Assembly (NCBI GenBank): GCA_036263035.1
Contig: DATAHR010000139.1
Coordinates: forward strand, 1 to 55,179
Length of the DNA stretch: 55,179 nt
Direction of reading: 5' to 3'
Origin: Gaiellales bacterium
Lineage (GTDB): Bacteria; Actinomycetota; Thermoleophilia; Gaiellales; JAICJC01
Shown: piece by piece, positions 9,267 to 18,504 of the stretch
How the letters are laid out: the number at the start of each line of letters is the position of its first letter
Numbering within the stretch: the first letter of the stretch is position 1
Notes under the pieces: generated by a model
Database searches by the model: none
The model's input: the letters and a program-made list of their open reading frames with translations, nothing else
What the model was told of the DNA's origin: nothing
Program-made: the position numbers and the translations under genes

Positions 9267-9500
9267 ATGGCTCATCGCCCGGCCGGGTACGCCAAAGCTT
9301 CCCGACAAGGTGGTGCACCAATGACCGATCTTCCAGGCGCCGAGACGACGGGCGACGACCGCGAGGAGCGGATTCGCCGGCGCGCGTACGAGATCTCCCA
9401 GCAGGAGGACGCCGGCTCGCCCGAGGAGAACTGGCAGCGCGCGGAGCGCGAGCTGGACCAGTTCGAGGGCGACGGCGGCAGCATCGCGCTCGACGGCTGA
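9267..9500 (+). CDS. small DUF2934-like protein
   Basis: RIRRRAYEISQQ...ENWQRAERELD pattern typical of DUF2934. The start may be the internal ATG 9321. Confidence 0.5.
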   Translation: MAHRPAGYAKASRQGGAPMTDLPGAETTGDDREERIRRRAYEISQQEDAGSPEENWQRAERELDQFEGDGGSIALDG

Positions 9501-9723
9501 GCCGATCGCGCGTGCGCCGTCCGGGGCTCCCACCAGGCGCGACGGCGCACGCCACCTCCGCCGGGTGAAGGGCAGCCGGTGGCACCGCGGGCCACGCAAG
9601 TGGGAGCCAGGCACACGGTGCACTTCTCACCATACGAGCGGCTCGGCCGGCGTCAAGATGACGCCCGCGAGCGGATCGCGAAAGGGGCGTTTCTCGACCG
9701 CCGCGGCCGGGCACCTGTCTCTC

Positions 9724-10173
9724 ATGCAGCTTGTGCTCGATCGAAGCTTTGCCGCGGTCCCGGAGTCGATCGGCATCGTTCGCCGAGAGGCCGTCGCTGT
9801 CTACGAGAACGGCGGCGGCGATCCATCCCTCACCGGCGATGTCGCGCTGGCAGTGACCGAGGCCACCGCCAACGCCATTCGCCACGCGTATCCGCATCGG
9901 GGCGACGGCCGCATGACCGTGCGCGGCTGGTTCGAGGAGGGACTGTTCATCGTCCAGGTGCTCGACCGGGGCGTCGGCATCGACACCCCCACGCGCGACC
10001 CCGGCTCCCATCTCGGGATCGCGCTGATCGAGCAGCTCGCCGACGCCCAGTTCGCGATGCGGGAGGGCGGCGGCACGGAGGCGCGGCTCGCCTTCCCCCT
10101 CGTAGCCGACGCACGGCCCGCGGAGCGGCTCGCGCCGCTGCCCGCATGGACAGCGCTGCAGCTCGCGGGCTAG
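9724..10173 (+). CDS. anti-sigma regulatory factor-like Ser/Thr kinase (RsbW/SpoIIAB-type HATPase)
   Basis: N-box-like TEATANAIRHAY, then VQVLDRGVGI. About 150 aa from ATG 9724 (alternative start ATG 9658). No STAS or sigma partner is adjacent. Confidence 0.6.
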   Translation: MQLVLDRSFAAVPESIGIVRREAVAVYENGGGDPSLTGDVALAVTEATANAIRHAYPHRGDGRMTVRGWFEEGLFIVQVLDRGVGIDTPTRDPGSHLGIALIEQLADAQFAMREGGGTEARLAFPLVADARPAERLAPLPAWTALQLAG

Positions 10174-10177
10174 GTAG

Positions 10178-11311
10178 CTAGCCGCGCTCCACGCTCAGCT
10201 CCGGCTCGAGGCCGAGCAGGACGCCGATCCGTCCCGCCTCCTGCTGGAGCGCCGCGCGGGCGACCCGCTTCGTCAGGGTGACCCGCATCTCCAGCCTTCG
10301 GCCGCGCTTCGCCCGCTCCCACAGGCCCGCTGCGACCCCGTCGACCATCACGAAGCGAACACCGGCCGGGCCCTCGTAGCGGCCTCGGCCATGTGCCGCC
10401 ACCAGCGCCCGCACGGCCTGCGGCACCAGCCTGGCGCGGTCGCGGCTGCCCATCACGTAGGCGTCGTACTCGGGTAGCAGCCGCACACCACCGGAGCCGG
10501 CGGCAAACGCGTCGTCGCCGCGCAGCACGAAGGCCTCGCGGCCGTCCACCGCCACCTCGCTGAGCTCGTCCGCGAGGCGGGCGAAGAGGTCACGACATGC
10601 GGCGACCGGGAGCGCCCCGCCGCCGAACCACTCGCTGAAATCCGCCGGCGCGGCCGGGCCATACGCGTGCAGGAACCGGCGGCACGCCTCGGCCAGGGCA
10701 GCGTCCTCGTCCGCGGGCCTCCAACCGTCCACCCACTGGTCGGGACGCGCCAGCGTGATCCTCGCCCCCTGCGGCGGCCCCTGGCAGAGATCCTCGAGGA
10801 AGAAGGCGAAGCCGGACCGGAGGCGGTCGCGATGCCTCCTGCCCGCACGGCTCGCGACGGCGTCCGCAAGCTCGTCCCGGCGGAGGCACCGCCCGTCGAG
10901 GGCATCCCACACGGCCGCGCGCATCTCTGCCGCCTCCTCCGCAGTGAGGCCGGGATGCAGCTTCCCGGCCGGATCGCGCCAGGGCGGCAGACTGCCATCG
11001 CCGCCCGTGGTCACAGCCCGGCGCGCGGCCATCCACAGCGCCACGTCTCCCGCCGGATGCAGGTGCAGCGTGCCGCGGATCGTCCACGCCTTAACCAGCT
11101 CACGCGTTTCCCACATCGCCGCCCGCACGTCCGCCTGCCGCAGCCCGTCGATGCGCGCGGCGAGCTGCTGCTCGGTGGACGCCTGCACCTGCGCCTGAAG
11201 GCCGCACACGGCCCGCGCGACGTCGATCGCCGAGCCGGCGGACGCACGCTCGAGCAGGTGCGACCGCTGCAGCCGCCGCCTGAAGGCCTGCTGCCACCCG
11301 ATCGCGGTCAT
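10178..11311 (-). CDS. winged-helix DNA-binding domain protein, AlkZ/YcaQ-like (DUF1006)
   Basis: 377 aa. N-terminal ...AVCGLQAQ... motif and WTIRGTLHL, typical of this family. Confidence 0.7.
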   Translation of the reverse strand: MTAIGWQQAFRRRLQRSHLLERASAGSAIDVARAVCGLQAQVQASTEQQLAARIDGLRQADVRAAMWETRELVKAWTIRGTLHLHPAGDVALWMAARRAVTTGGDGSLPPWRDPAGKLHPGLTAEEAAEMRAAVWDALDGRCLRRDELADAVASRAGRRHRDRLRSGFAFFLEDLCQGPPQGARITLARPDQWVDGWRPADEDAALAEACRRFLHAYGPAAPADFSEWFGGGALPVAACRDLFARLADELSEVAVDGREAFVLRGDDAFAAGSGGVRLLPEYDAYVMGSRDRARLVPQAVRALVAAHGRGRYEGPAGVRFVMVDGVAAGLWERAKRGRRLEMRVTLTKRVARAALQQEAGRIGVLLGLEPELSVERG

Positions 11312-11450
11312 CGGCTGCGAAGGCTAGAGCATCCCTACGCCGTCCCTCGAACGGGGGATGCCCGGGTCGAAAACCAGTGCCACGCTTCCTTCCGGTCTAG
11401 GTGCAAGGAGTTTCAACACGGCTGCCGTATCTGCAAGGGTGAGGAGGCAC

Positions 11451-12917
11451 GTGGGCGAGCCAAGCATCGGCCTCGTCGCCCGTTCGGGCAGGGCGGGCGA
11501 GAGGCTGCGCTGGGTCGTGCGGCTGCCCGGCTGGCTGCGCGTCGGCCTGCTGGCCGACGCCGAGGCCGTGCGGCGAATCACCGCGTTCACGCTCTACTGC
11601 CTGTTTGTCCCGCTCGCATTCCTGCTCGAGCTGGTGAGCGGCGGCGCCACCGACCATCCGGCGCTCGTCGCGGCCACCACCGTCTTCCTTGTGGCACAGG
11701 CTGCTGCGACGTGGCTGATCCGGCCGATGCCCGATGCAGGCTGGCTGTTCCTGATCGCGGCCATCCCCGCGTCGTTCGTCGCCTACGCGTACGCAAGCAT
11801 CACCGCCGGGGAGGCGCTCAGCATCGTGCTGGTGGTGCCGGTGGCCTGGGTGGCCGTCTTTCTGTCCGTGCGGATGGTGACCGCGTCGGTGACCCTGAAC
11901 GCGCTCGCGCTCGCGTGGCCCGCGCTCGTGGAGAGCACGGCCGGGCACTGGCTGACGTTCGCCGTGCGCGGCCTGACGCTCGCCGTGATCGCCTTTGCCC
12001 TGCACCTGCTCGTGGTCGCCCTGCGCCGGGCGCAGCACCAGGCCGAGCGGCGTGCCGACCTCGATGCGGCGACGGGCCTCGTCTCCCGCGCCCGCATGCT
12101 CGACATCCTGGACACGGTTCCGCTCGACAGGGCTCGCTCAGCCGGCGTGATCGTGCTCGACATCGACCACTTCAAGCAGGTCAACGACCGGTACGGCCAC
12201 CTTGCCGGCGATCAGGCGCTCCGCGACGTCGCGCAGGTGCTGCAGGTTGTTGTCCGCGAAGACGACGTCCTCGCCAGATGGGGTGGCGAGGAGTTTCTGC
12301 TCCTGCTGCCGGGCATCGCGGAGCACGAGCTCGCGGCGGCCGCGGAGAAGCTGCGCAAGGCGGTCGAGGATCATCCGTTCCTGCTCGAGGGCGCCCGAGT
12401 GGCGCTGACCATCTCGGTGGGCGCCGCAGCCGCGCGGCCCGGGGCGGCAATGCGGACGGTGGTCGCAGCTGCCGACGACGCGCTCTATCAGGCGAAGCGC
12501 GCCGGCCGAAACCAGACGGTGGTCGCACGGCCGCGAGTGAACCACATCGCCGTCCGCGGCGTGGAGCAGCTCGACGCCGCGCGGCGGGCGGTCGAAGAGG
12601 CGGCGCACCGTGCCGCGCTCCCGGCCGATCAGACGCTGGACGCGGTGATCGCGGTCAGCGAGGCCTGCATGCGGCTGCTCCCCGAGGACGGCTGCGACGC
12701 GGAGCTGGCGGTGACGATCCACGACCGTCCCGAGACCTTCACGATCCTGGTGGAGGATCGAGCCGGCCGCCGGCGGACGCCGCGAACCGACGACCTGAAC
12801 GTCGCCATCCTCGGCCGGGTGGGAGATGAGATCCGGTTCGACGAGCGGGACGCCGTCAGCGAGGTGCGCATCGTCTTTGCGAAGGCCGAGGCCGGCGCCC
12901 CGGTTCACGTGGCTTAA
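11451..12917 (+). CDS. membrane diguanylate cyclase (GGDEF) with extra C-terminal domain
   Basis: DIDHFKQVNDRYGHLAGD and RWGGEEFLLLL. Multi-TM N-terminus. Start placed at GTG 11451 after GAGGAGG, because upstream DNA is lower in GC. The last 130 aa lie beyond the GGDEF domain. Confidence 0.8.
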   Translation: MGEPSIGLVARSGRAGERLRWVVRLPGWLRVGLLADAEAVRRITAFTLYCLFVPLAFLLELVSGGATDHPALVAATTVFLVAQAAATWLIRPMPDAGWLFLIAAIPASFVAYAYASITAGEALSIVLVVPVAWVAVFLSVRMVTASVTLNALALAWPALVESTAGHWLTFAVRGLTLAVIAFALHLLVVALRRAQHQAERRADLDAATGLVSRARMLDILDTVPLDRARSAGVIVLDIDHFKQVNDRYGHLAGDQALRDVAQVLQVVVREDDVLARWGGEEFLLLLPGIAEHELAAAAEKLRKAVEDHPFLLEGARVALTISVGAAAARPGAAMRTVVAAADDALYQAKRAGRNQTVVARPRVNHIAVRGVEQLDAARRAVEEAAHRAALPADQTLDAVIAVSEACMRLLPEDGCDAELAVTIHDRPETFTILVEDRAGRRRTPRTDDLNVAILGRVGDEIRFDERDAVSEVRIVFAKAEAGAPVHVA

Positions 12918-12974
12918 CACAAACGGCGTCGCAGGACAACACGCCGTCAATGTCGCTCTACTACTGTGAGTAGC

Positions 12975-13130
12975 ATGATCACAGTTCTCACAACCGCGCT
13001 GGTCGGTGCGACCGCGCTTCTGCTGGGTAAGCTCAGTGACCCCGTCAGCCGCGACCTCGACACGATGCGCGCGCAGACGGATCTGCGAAACGTGATGACG
13101 CCGCTGTTCGGCGGCCAGTCTGATCGCTAG
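12975..13130 (+). CDS. possible small protein (51 aa) with N-terminal TM helix
   Basis: ATG 12975 to TAG 13130. MITVLTTALVGATALLLGKLSDP.... GC-rich third positions. Below the track threshold, and I see no homology. Confidence 0.3.
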   Translation: MITVLTTALVGATALLLGKLSDPVSRDLDTMRAQTDLRNVMTPLFGGQSDR

Positions 13131-13175
13131 CAGCTCGAGCTCGACATCAGCCGAACCACACGACGGGTACGGGTC

Positions 13176-14504
13176 CTAGCCGGGCCGGCGCTCTGAATGG
13201 CGCTTGCCGGAAGCGCGTCCGTCGCCCGACCGCTCCGGACTCCGGCGCTCCACGGCTCCGCGCAGGGCGCGTGAGGCCGACCTGGGGCTCCCGCCGACTG
13301 CGCGCGCCAGGCCGCGCGCCCGGCGCGGGATGTCCGGCACGCCTCCCAGCGTGGGCAGAAGCAGCATCGCGCCGATGAGGCAGACGCCCGCCGACAGCAG
13401 GTAGACGCCCTGCGCCCCCACCCACTCGACCAGGGGTGCGCCGAGCGCGAACGACAGCGACATCGTCCCCAGCACCACGGCATCGAGAGCCGCCGACACG
13501 CGCGAGCGCACGTGATCGGGGGTGCGCCGCTGGATGATGTTCTGCGCGGCGACGACACCGAAGGCGTCGAACAGCCCCGCCACCGCCATGCCGGCCAGCA
13601 CCGGCCAGAACACGGGCGTCAGGCCGACGACCGCGAGGCCTCCCGCGATCGCAACCAGGCCGCCCACCACCGCGGGTCGCTCGGCACGGCGAGACAGGCC
13701 GCGCCCGAGCAGCGCGCCGACCACGCCGCCGCCGTCCCAGAAGACGGCGATCAGTCCGTACCCGGTGGAACCGACGGCGAACTGCTTCGCGAGCACCACC
13801 TCGGCCACGATCACGGGCCCGATGCCGGCCATGACAAGAGCCCAGGAGACGGTCAGGAGGCGCATCCACGGATCGCGGAGCAGCATGCGGTAGCCGTCCA
13901 TGCTGCTGCCGGCGTGCTCCGCCGGCGCGGCGGTGCGGAACCGGCCCTCGAGGCGCCAGACGAGGGCCGCCGCGCCGGTCAGCGCAACCGCGCTCGCGGC
14001 GAAGACGCCGGCCGGACCGATCACCGCCAGCAGCAGTCCGCCGACGCCGGGGCCGAGCATGAAGCCAGCGCTCTTCCAGGCGCCGGCAAGGCTGTTGGCG
14101 CTGCCGAGGTCGTCGTCGTCGACCAGGTTCGGGATCGCGCCCTGCACTGCCGCAGAGAGCGCGCCCTGCGTCGAGGCGGCCGCGATCATCACCATCACGA
14201 TCGGCGTCAGCCAGCCGAGCAGCGAGAGCGGCACGCACAGGGCGAAGCCGGCAGCGGCGATCAGCGCTGACACGAGCACGACCTGACGGCGGTCGTGCCG
14301 ATCCCCGAGGTGGCCGGAGAATGGCGAGAGCACGGTCGAGACGCCGAAGACAGCGAGCATGGCGCCGGAGACCCACCAGGACGAGCCGCTCAGCTCGTAC
14401 AGCCGCCAGATGAGGGCGGTCATGGCCGCGCCGCGGCCGGCGTACGCGACGCCCTGCGCTACGGCCAGGCGAGTGACGGGTGTGTTGATGCGATCGAGAG
14501 TCAT
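13176..14504 (-). CDS. MFS transporter
   Basis: 442 aa and about 12 TM helices. The loop GHLGDRHDRRQV resembles the MFS D-R-x-G-R-R motif. Confidence 0.8.
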   Translation of the reverse strand: MTLDRINTPVTRLAVAQGVAYAGRGAAMTALIWRLYELSGSSWWVSGAMLAVFGVSTVLSPFSGHLGDRHDRRQVVLVSALIAAAGFALCVPLSLLGWLTPIVMVMIAAASTQGALSAAVQGAIPNLVDDDDLGSANSLAGAWKSAGFMLGPGVGGLLLAVIGPAGVFAASAVALTGAAALVWRLEGRFRTAAPAEHAGSSMDGYRMLLRDPWMRLLTVSWALVMAGIGPVIVAEVVLAKQFAVGSTGYGLIAVFWDGGGVVGALLGRGLSRRAERPAVVGGLVAIAGGLAVVGLTPVFWPVLAGMAVAGLFDAFGVVAAQNIIQRRTPDHVRSRVSAALDAVVLGTMSLSFALGAPLVEWVGAQGVYLLSAGVCLIGAMLLLPTLGGVPDIPRRARGLARAVGGSPRSASRALRGAVERRSPERSGDGRASGKRHSERRPG

Positions 14505-14738
14505 GATTGAGGGCAGGGTCGTACGCGGAACCCGCGTCCGGCTGGACGTCTGGGTGAGCCCCTGCTGGGGCTATCGGCGTACCCCGCCATAAAGTTGAAC
14601 GATCAACGGAGCAGATCTATTCCCAACGCGTAGACAGGCCACGTCGTCCCATCCGGCAACGCATTTCCGCGAAGGCAGACAGCACTGCCATGCGTGATCC
14701 GGGTAGGGTTGGCACTGGCCCCTAGCGCGGAGGTTGTC

Positions 14739-15017
14739 ATGAGCATCGTCGTCCGGTTCCATCCGAAGAACCTCACCGCCGAGCAGTACGACGCCGTAAT
14801 ACGTCGCGAAGAGTCCACCGAGACGTATCCGCCAGATGGTAGGGAGTACCACGTCTGCTTCGGCAGGGATGGCGACCTGCAGGTCAGCGAGATTTGGGAC
14901 TCTCTTGAGCACCTCCAAGCCTACGGCCCAATCCTGATGCCGATGCTCGCAGACGCGGGGATCGAGTTCTCGGCGGATCCGGACGTCTTTGAGGTTCACA
15001 GCATCGTCCGGCGCTGA
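14739..15017 (+). CDS. small ABM-like (ferredoxin-fold alpha+beta barrel) protein, hypothetical
   Basis: 92 aa from ATG 14739, with GGAGG 5 nt upstream. The pattern ...LTAEQYDAV...H.C....G.L.V.EIWDS.EHLQAY... resembles antibiotic-biosynthesis-monooxygenase-type proteins. It sits in a lower-GC islet. Confidence 0.5.
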   Translation: MSIVVRFHPKNLTAEQYDAVIRREESTETYPPDGREYHVCFGRDGDLQVSEIWDSLEHLQAYGPILMPMLADAGIEFSADPDVFEVHSIVRR

Positions 15018-15098
15018 GGCGAAGAAACAGGAACCGCATGGCTAGGCGCCAAACGTCGTGGTTGACGCGAACCTACGGGGTGTCGTCCGTATGTGAGG

Positions 15099-15171
15099 AG
15101 CCGGGAGCGGGACTCGAACCCGCGGCCGTTCGCTTACAAGGCGAGCGCTCTACCAGCTGAGCTATCCCGGC
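15099..15171 (-). tRNA. tRNA-Thr (anticodon UGU)
   Basis: Reverse complement reads GCCGGGA-TA-GCTC-AGCTGGTA-GAGC-G-CTCGC-CTTGTAA-GCGAA-CGGCC-GCGGG-TTCGAGT-CCCGC-TCCCGGC-T. This gives a 7-bp acceptor stem, D and T arms, and U33-UGU-A37 in the anticodon loop. Confidence 0.9.
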
Positions 15172-15210
15172 GCCCGGCCGATTCTACCGATCTCGATCTC
15201 GACTGGAGGG

Positions 15211-15879
15211 TCAGGCCGACACGCGGCGCGACTGGAGGTGCGCCAGCACCTTGCGCTTGACGCGCTGGAGGGCGTTGTCGACCGTCTTCGGATCGCAATC
15301 GAGCAGCTCGCCGATCTCCTCGTAGCTGCGCCCCTCCAGGTAGCACGTCAGCACCTGGGACTCGAGCCCCGAGAGCGCCGTGCTCAGGCAGCCGAGCAGG
15401 CTCTGGAGCTCCTCGGTCGAGATCACGCAGCTTGCGGGATCGTCGACGGCCGGCCCGGGCAGGGCGTCTCCGAGCGTGCAGTCGGCCTCCGACTCCTGCC
15501 CTGCAGGCGTGTGGCTGAAGGAGACGTAGCTGTTCAGCGGTGCGTGCTTGAACCGCGTGGCGGTCTTGATCGCCGTGATGATCTGCCTGGTTATGCAGAG
15601 TTCGGCGAACGAGCGGAACGACGTGTCCTTGTCGGCACGGTAGTCCCGAACCGCCTTGTACAAGCCGACCAGGCCCTCCTGGATGAGGTCGTGCGAGTCG
15701 CCGCCTGCCAGGAAGTAGGAGCTCGCCTTCAGCCGCACGAACCCCTCGTAGCGGCGAATGATGGTGTCCATCGCCCGCTCGTCGCCGTTGCGCGCAGCGG
15801 CGATCACCGCCACCTCCCCCGTGTCGCGCCACACCCGAGGGTGCACCTGCCTCGCCAGCGCTGCGTTCGACCTAGACAC
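15211..15879 (-). CDS. sigma-70 family sigma factor, SigH-like by sequence and position
   Basis: Region 2 DLIQEGLVGLYKAVRDY. Region 4 HTH SYEEIGELLDCDPKTVDNALQRVKRK. GTG start with GGAGG 6 nt upstream. It follows yacP, as sigH does in Bacillus. Confidence 0.85.
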   Translation of the reverse strand: MSRSNAALARQVHPRVWRDTGEVAVIAAARNGDERAMDTIIRRYEGFVRLKASSYFLAGGDSHDLIQEGLVGLYKAVRDYRADKDTSFRSFAELCITRQIITAIKTATRFKHAPLNSYVSFSHTPAGQESEADCTLGDALPGPAVDDPASCVISTEELQSLLGCLSTALSGLESQVLTCYLEGRSYEEIGELLDCDPKTVDNALQRVKRKVLAHLQSRRVSA

Positions 15880-15979
15880 CCTGCACCTCCGACCGGGAAG
15901 AGGTTCCGATCACTCGAAACGGGACGAATGACGACGTCATAACCGTGAAGCTGAACGTCAAGTACAACTTGAGGCTGGG

Positions 15980-16007
15980 AGCATAGCGCCCAGATCGGCG
16001 TTGTCAA
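15980..16007 (-). promoter_or_regulatory. candidate housekeeping-type promoter for the sigH-like gene (TTGACA-N16-TATGCT)
   Basis: On the minus strand, TTGACA is the reverse complement of 16002-16007 and TATGCT is the reverse complement of 15980-15985. It lies about 100 nt upstream of GTG 15879. Confidence 0.35.
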
Positions 16008-16032
16008 GCTCGGATTTCCCCTGCACGTCGGG

Positions 16033-16515
16033 CTATTGCCCGCGGCGGAGCCGCTCGAGCGCGTCGCGCACAGCGTCGTCGACCGACTCCGCGACGGTGA
16101 ACCGCTGCCGCGCGGCCGGCGTTGACGGCGCCTCGGCCGATGGAGCGGCGCCCAGCCGGTCGACGTACTCCCGGGCGCTCATGGCCTGCACCCCGCCTCG
16201 CTGCGCGACGTGCCTCAGCACCGTGTCGGACGAGATCACGGTCACCTCGTGGTCGTGCTGGCTGCGGTGGGCCAGCCGCTCGATCACCGTGTCCGCTGTC
16301 TCGCTCCCGGCGAACCGGATCCGCGTCGTCCCAACTGCGGTCTCGCGCCCGTGCCCGTCGAAGACCAGCACCACGCTGATGCCGGCCCGGGCGGCGTGGT
16401 CGACCGCAGCAGTCACCAGTCCCGCCCGCACCTGCTCGTAGTCGTCGGCGCCGCCGCGCACGTGGGCCACGTTGTCGCCGTCCACGATCCAGAGGGTGGG
16501 CGACTCGTCAGGCAC
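16033..16515 (-). CDS. yacP: NYN-domain protein (YacP/Rae1-like ribonuclease)
   Basis: LWIVDGDNVAH..., VVLVFDG, TADTVIERL. Conserved position between rlmB and the sigH-like gene. Confidence 0.8.
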   Translation of the reverse strand: MPDESPTLWIVDGDNVAHVRGGADDYEQVRAGLVTAAVDHAARAGISVVLVFDGHGRETAVGTTRIRFAGSETADTVIERLAHRSQHDHEVTVISSDTVLRHVAQRGGVQAMSAREYVDRLGAAPSAEAPSTPAARQRFTVAESVDDAVRDALERLRRGQ

Positions 16516-17212
16516 CGCGACGCTGCCTGACCGCTTCGAACACCAGCACCGCGGCCGCCGTGCTCACGTTCAGCGACTCGACACGGCCGCGCATCGGGAT
16601 CGACGCGACCGCGTCGCAGGAGCGGCGCACGCGCGGCCGCAGGCCGCGGCCCTCGGCTCCGAGCACGAAGATCGTCCCGTCCCTGTAGTCGTGGCGATCG
16701 TATGCCTCGTCGTCCCCGGCCAGGTCGGCCGCGTACGTCCAGAGGCCCGGGCGCCGTGCCGCGAGCAGCGTCTCTGCCAGGTTCTCGACACGCGCGATCG
16801 GCAGGTGCTCCACGGCACCTGCGGAGGCACGTGCCACCGCGGCTGTCACGCCAGCCGATCTGCGGCGGGTGATCAGCAGCCCGTCCGCGCCCGCCGCCTC
16901 GCACACCCGGGCGATGGCACCCAGGTTGTGCGGGTCGGTGACCTCGTCGAGGGCCGCCAGCAGGGCGCGGTCGCGGCCCACCAGCTCCGCCGGGTCGGCG
17001 TAGGGATACGGCCCCACCTCGGCCACGACTCCCTGGTGGTCGGGGCTGCCGGCCAGCTCGGCCAGCCGCTCGGGCGGCTCGACCACCGTCGCGCGGGGCA
17101 GCCAGTCCAGCTGCTCGGCCGCGCGGCGCGTGGCGTGCACCGCCAGCACCTCGCGACGCCCCCGGAGCGCCTCGCGCACCGGATGCGTGCCGTACACGAC
17201 CTCCCCGCTCAT
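16508..17212 (-). CDS. rlmB: 23S rRNA 2'-O-ribose methyltransferase, TrmH/SpoU family (RlmB/YacO-like)
   Basis: SpoU-type C-terminal motifs (PHNLGAIARV, VLGAEGRGL, IPMRGRVESLNVS). ATGA overlap with the cysS stop at 17209-17212. Confidence 0.85.
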   Translation of the reverse strand: MSGEVVYGTHPVREALRGRREVLAVHATRRAAEQLDWLPRATVVEPPERLAELAGSPDHQGVVAEVGPYPYADPAELVGRDRALLAALDEVTDPHNLGAIARVCEAAGADGLLITRRRSAGVTAAVARASAGAVEHLPIARVENLAETLLAARRPGLWTYAADLAGDDEAYDRHDYRDGTIFVLGAEGRGLRPRVRRSCDAVASIPMRGRVESLNVSTAAAVLVFEAVRQRRGA

Positions 17213-18504
17213 GCCCGGTAGAGCGCGGTGCCGTCGGGCGTGTCGCGCACCTCCCACCCGGCCGCCTCGATCTCGTCGCGAAGGGCGTCGGCACGGGCGA
17301 AGTCGCGGCCTGCGCGTGCCTCGTCCCGCTCACGCGCCTTCGCCACGAGCTCCGCGGGCGCGTCCGGCTCCTCGGCGAGTGAGCCGAGCCCGAGCACGCC
17401 CAGCACCTCGGCCACCGTTCCGGACGCCTCCGGCGGAGCGTCGAACAACAGGGCCAGTGCGCGGGGCGTGTTGAAGTCGTCGTCGAGCGCGCCGGCGACG
17501 GCCTCGCGGAGCGCGTCATCGGTGCCGCCGGTGCCGTCGCGAAGCCGGTTGCGGAGTGTGCCCGCCGCGGCGCGGGCCTGCTCGAGCACCTCGTCGGTGT
17601 AGTCGATCGGCGCGGTGTAGTGGCCGCGCAGGAAGAACATGATCAGGGTCTCGGCGCCCCACCGGTCGAGCGCCGCATGCAGCGGCTCGATGTTGCCGAC
17701 CGACTTCGACATCTTCTCGCCGCCGAGGCGCAGCATCCCGTTGTGGGCCCACACGTGCGCGAAGCGCCGGCCGGCCGCCTGCGACTGGGCGATCTCGTTC
17801 TCATGATGGGGGAAGATGAGGTCGCGGCCGCCGCCGTGGACGGCGAACTCACGCCCCAGCCACCGCTCCGCCATCGCCGAGCACTCGATGTGCCAGCCTG
17901 GCCTGCCCCTCCCCCACGGCGAGTCCCAGGCCGTGTCCTCGTCCGGCTTGGTCGCCTTCCACAATGCGAAGTCGAGGGGGTCGCGCTTGTGCTCCCCGCC
18001 CTCGGTGTCGCCGCCGTCGCGGAGCTGGTCGGTGCGCTGGTTGGACAGCTGTCCGTAGCGGTCGAACGTGGCGACGGCGAAGTAGACGTCGCCGTCCGCC
18101 TCGTAGGCGTGCCCACCTGCGATCAGCTCCTCGATCAGCCCGATGATCTCGCCCACCGTCTCGGTCGCCCGCGGTTCACGGTCGGGACGGCCGAGCCCCA
18201 GGCGGTCGGTGTCGGCTATGTAGGCGTCGGCCATCTCCCGCGCGAAGCCGTCCGAGGGCACGCCCGCCGCCGCCGCGGCGACGTAGATCTTGTCGTTGAT
18301 GTCGGTGATGTTCTCGACCAGCGTCACGCGCTGGTTCCCCCACTCGAGGTAGCGCTTCATCAGCATCGACACCACGAAGGGCCGCGCGTTTCCGATGTGG
18401 ATGCGGTTGTAGACCGTCGGCCCGCAGAAGTACATGCCGATGCTTCCGTCCGGCCCCGGCTCGAGCTCGCGGGTCTCTCTGGTGAGGGAGTCGCGGAGCC
18501 TCAT
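17209..18504 (-). CDS. cysS: cysteinyl-tRNA synthetase
   Basis: HIGN (RIHIGNARP), KMSKS (GEKMSKSVGN), 431 aa. ATGA overlap with the upstream gene. Confidence 0.95.
   Translation of the reverse strand: MRLRDSLTRETRELEPGPDGSIGMYFCGPTVYNRIHIGNARPFVVSMLMKRYLEWGNQRVTLVENITDINDKIYVAAAAAGVPSDGFAREMADAYIADTDRLGLGRPDREPRATETVGEIIGLIEELIAGGHAYEADGDVYFAVATFDRYGQLSNQRTDQLRDGGDTEGGEHKRDPLDFALWKATKPDEDTAWDSPWGRGRPGWHIECSAMAERWLGREFAVHGGGRDLIFPHHENEIAQSQAAGRRFAHVWAHNGMLRLGGEKMSKSVGNIEPLHAALDRWGAETLIMFFLRGHYTAPIDYTDEVLEQARAAAGTLRNRLRDGTGGTDDALREAVAGALDDDFNTPRALALLFDAPPEASGTVAEVLGVLGLGSLAEEPDAPAELVAKARERDEARAGRDFARADALRDEIEAAGWEVRDTPDGTALYRA

Noticed and set aside
14524-14540. Possible att-type direct repeat of the tRNA-Thr body at the far side of the low-GC islet
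   Set aside because: Only a 9-nt match (GAACCCGCG), which is easily chance in GC-rich DNA, and no integrase gene.
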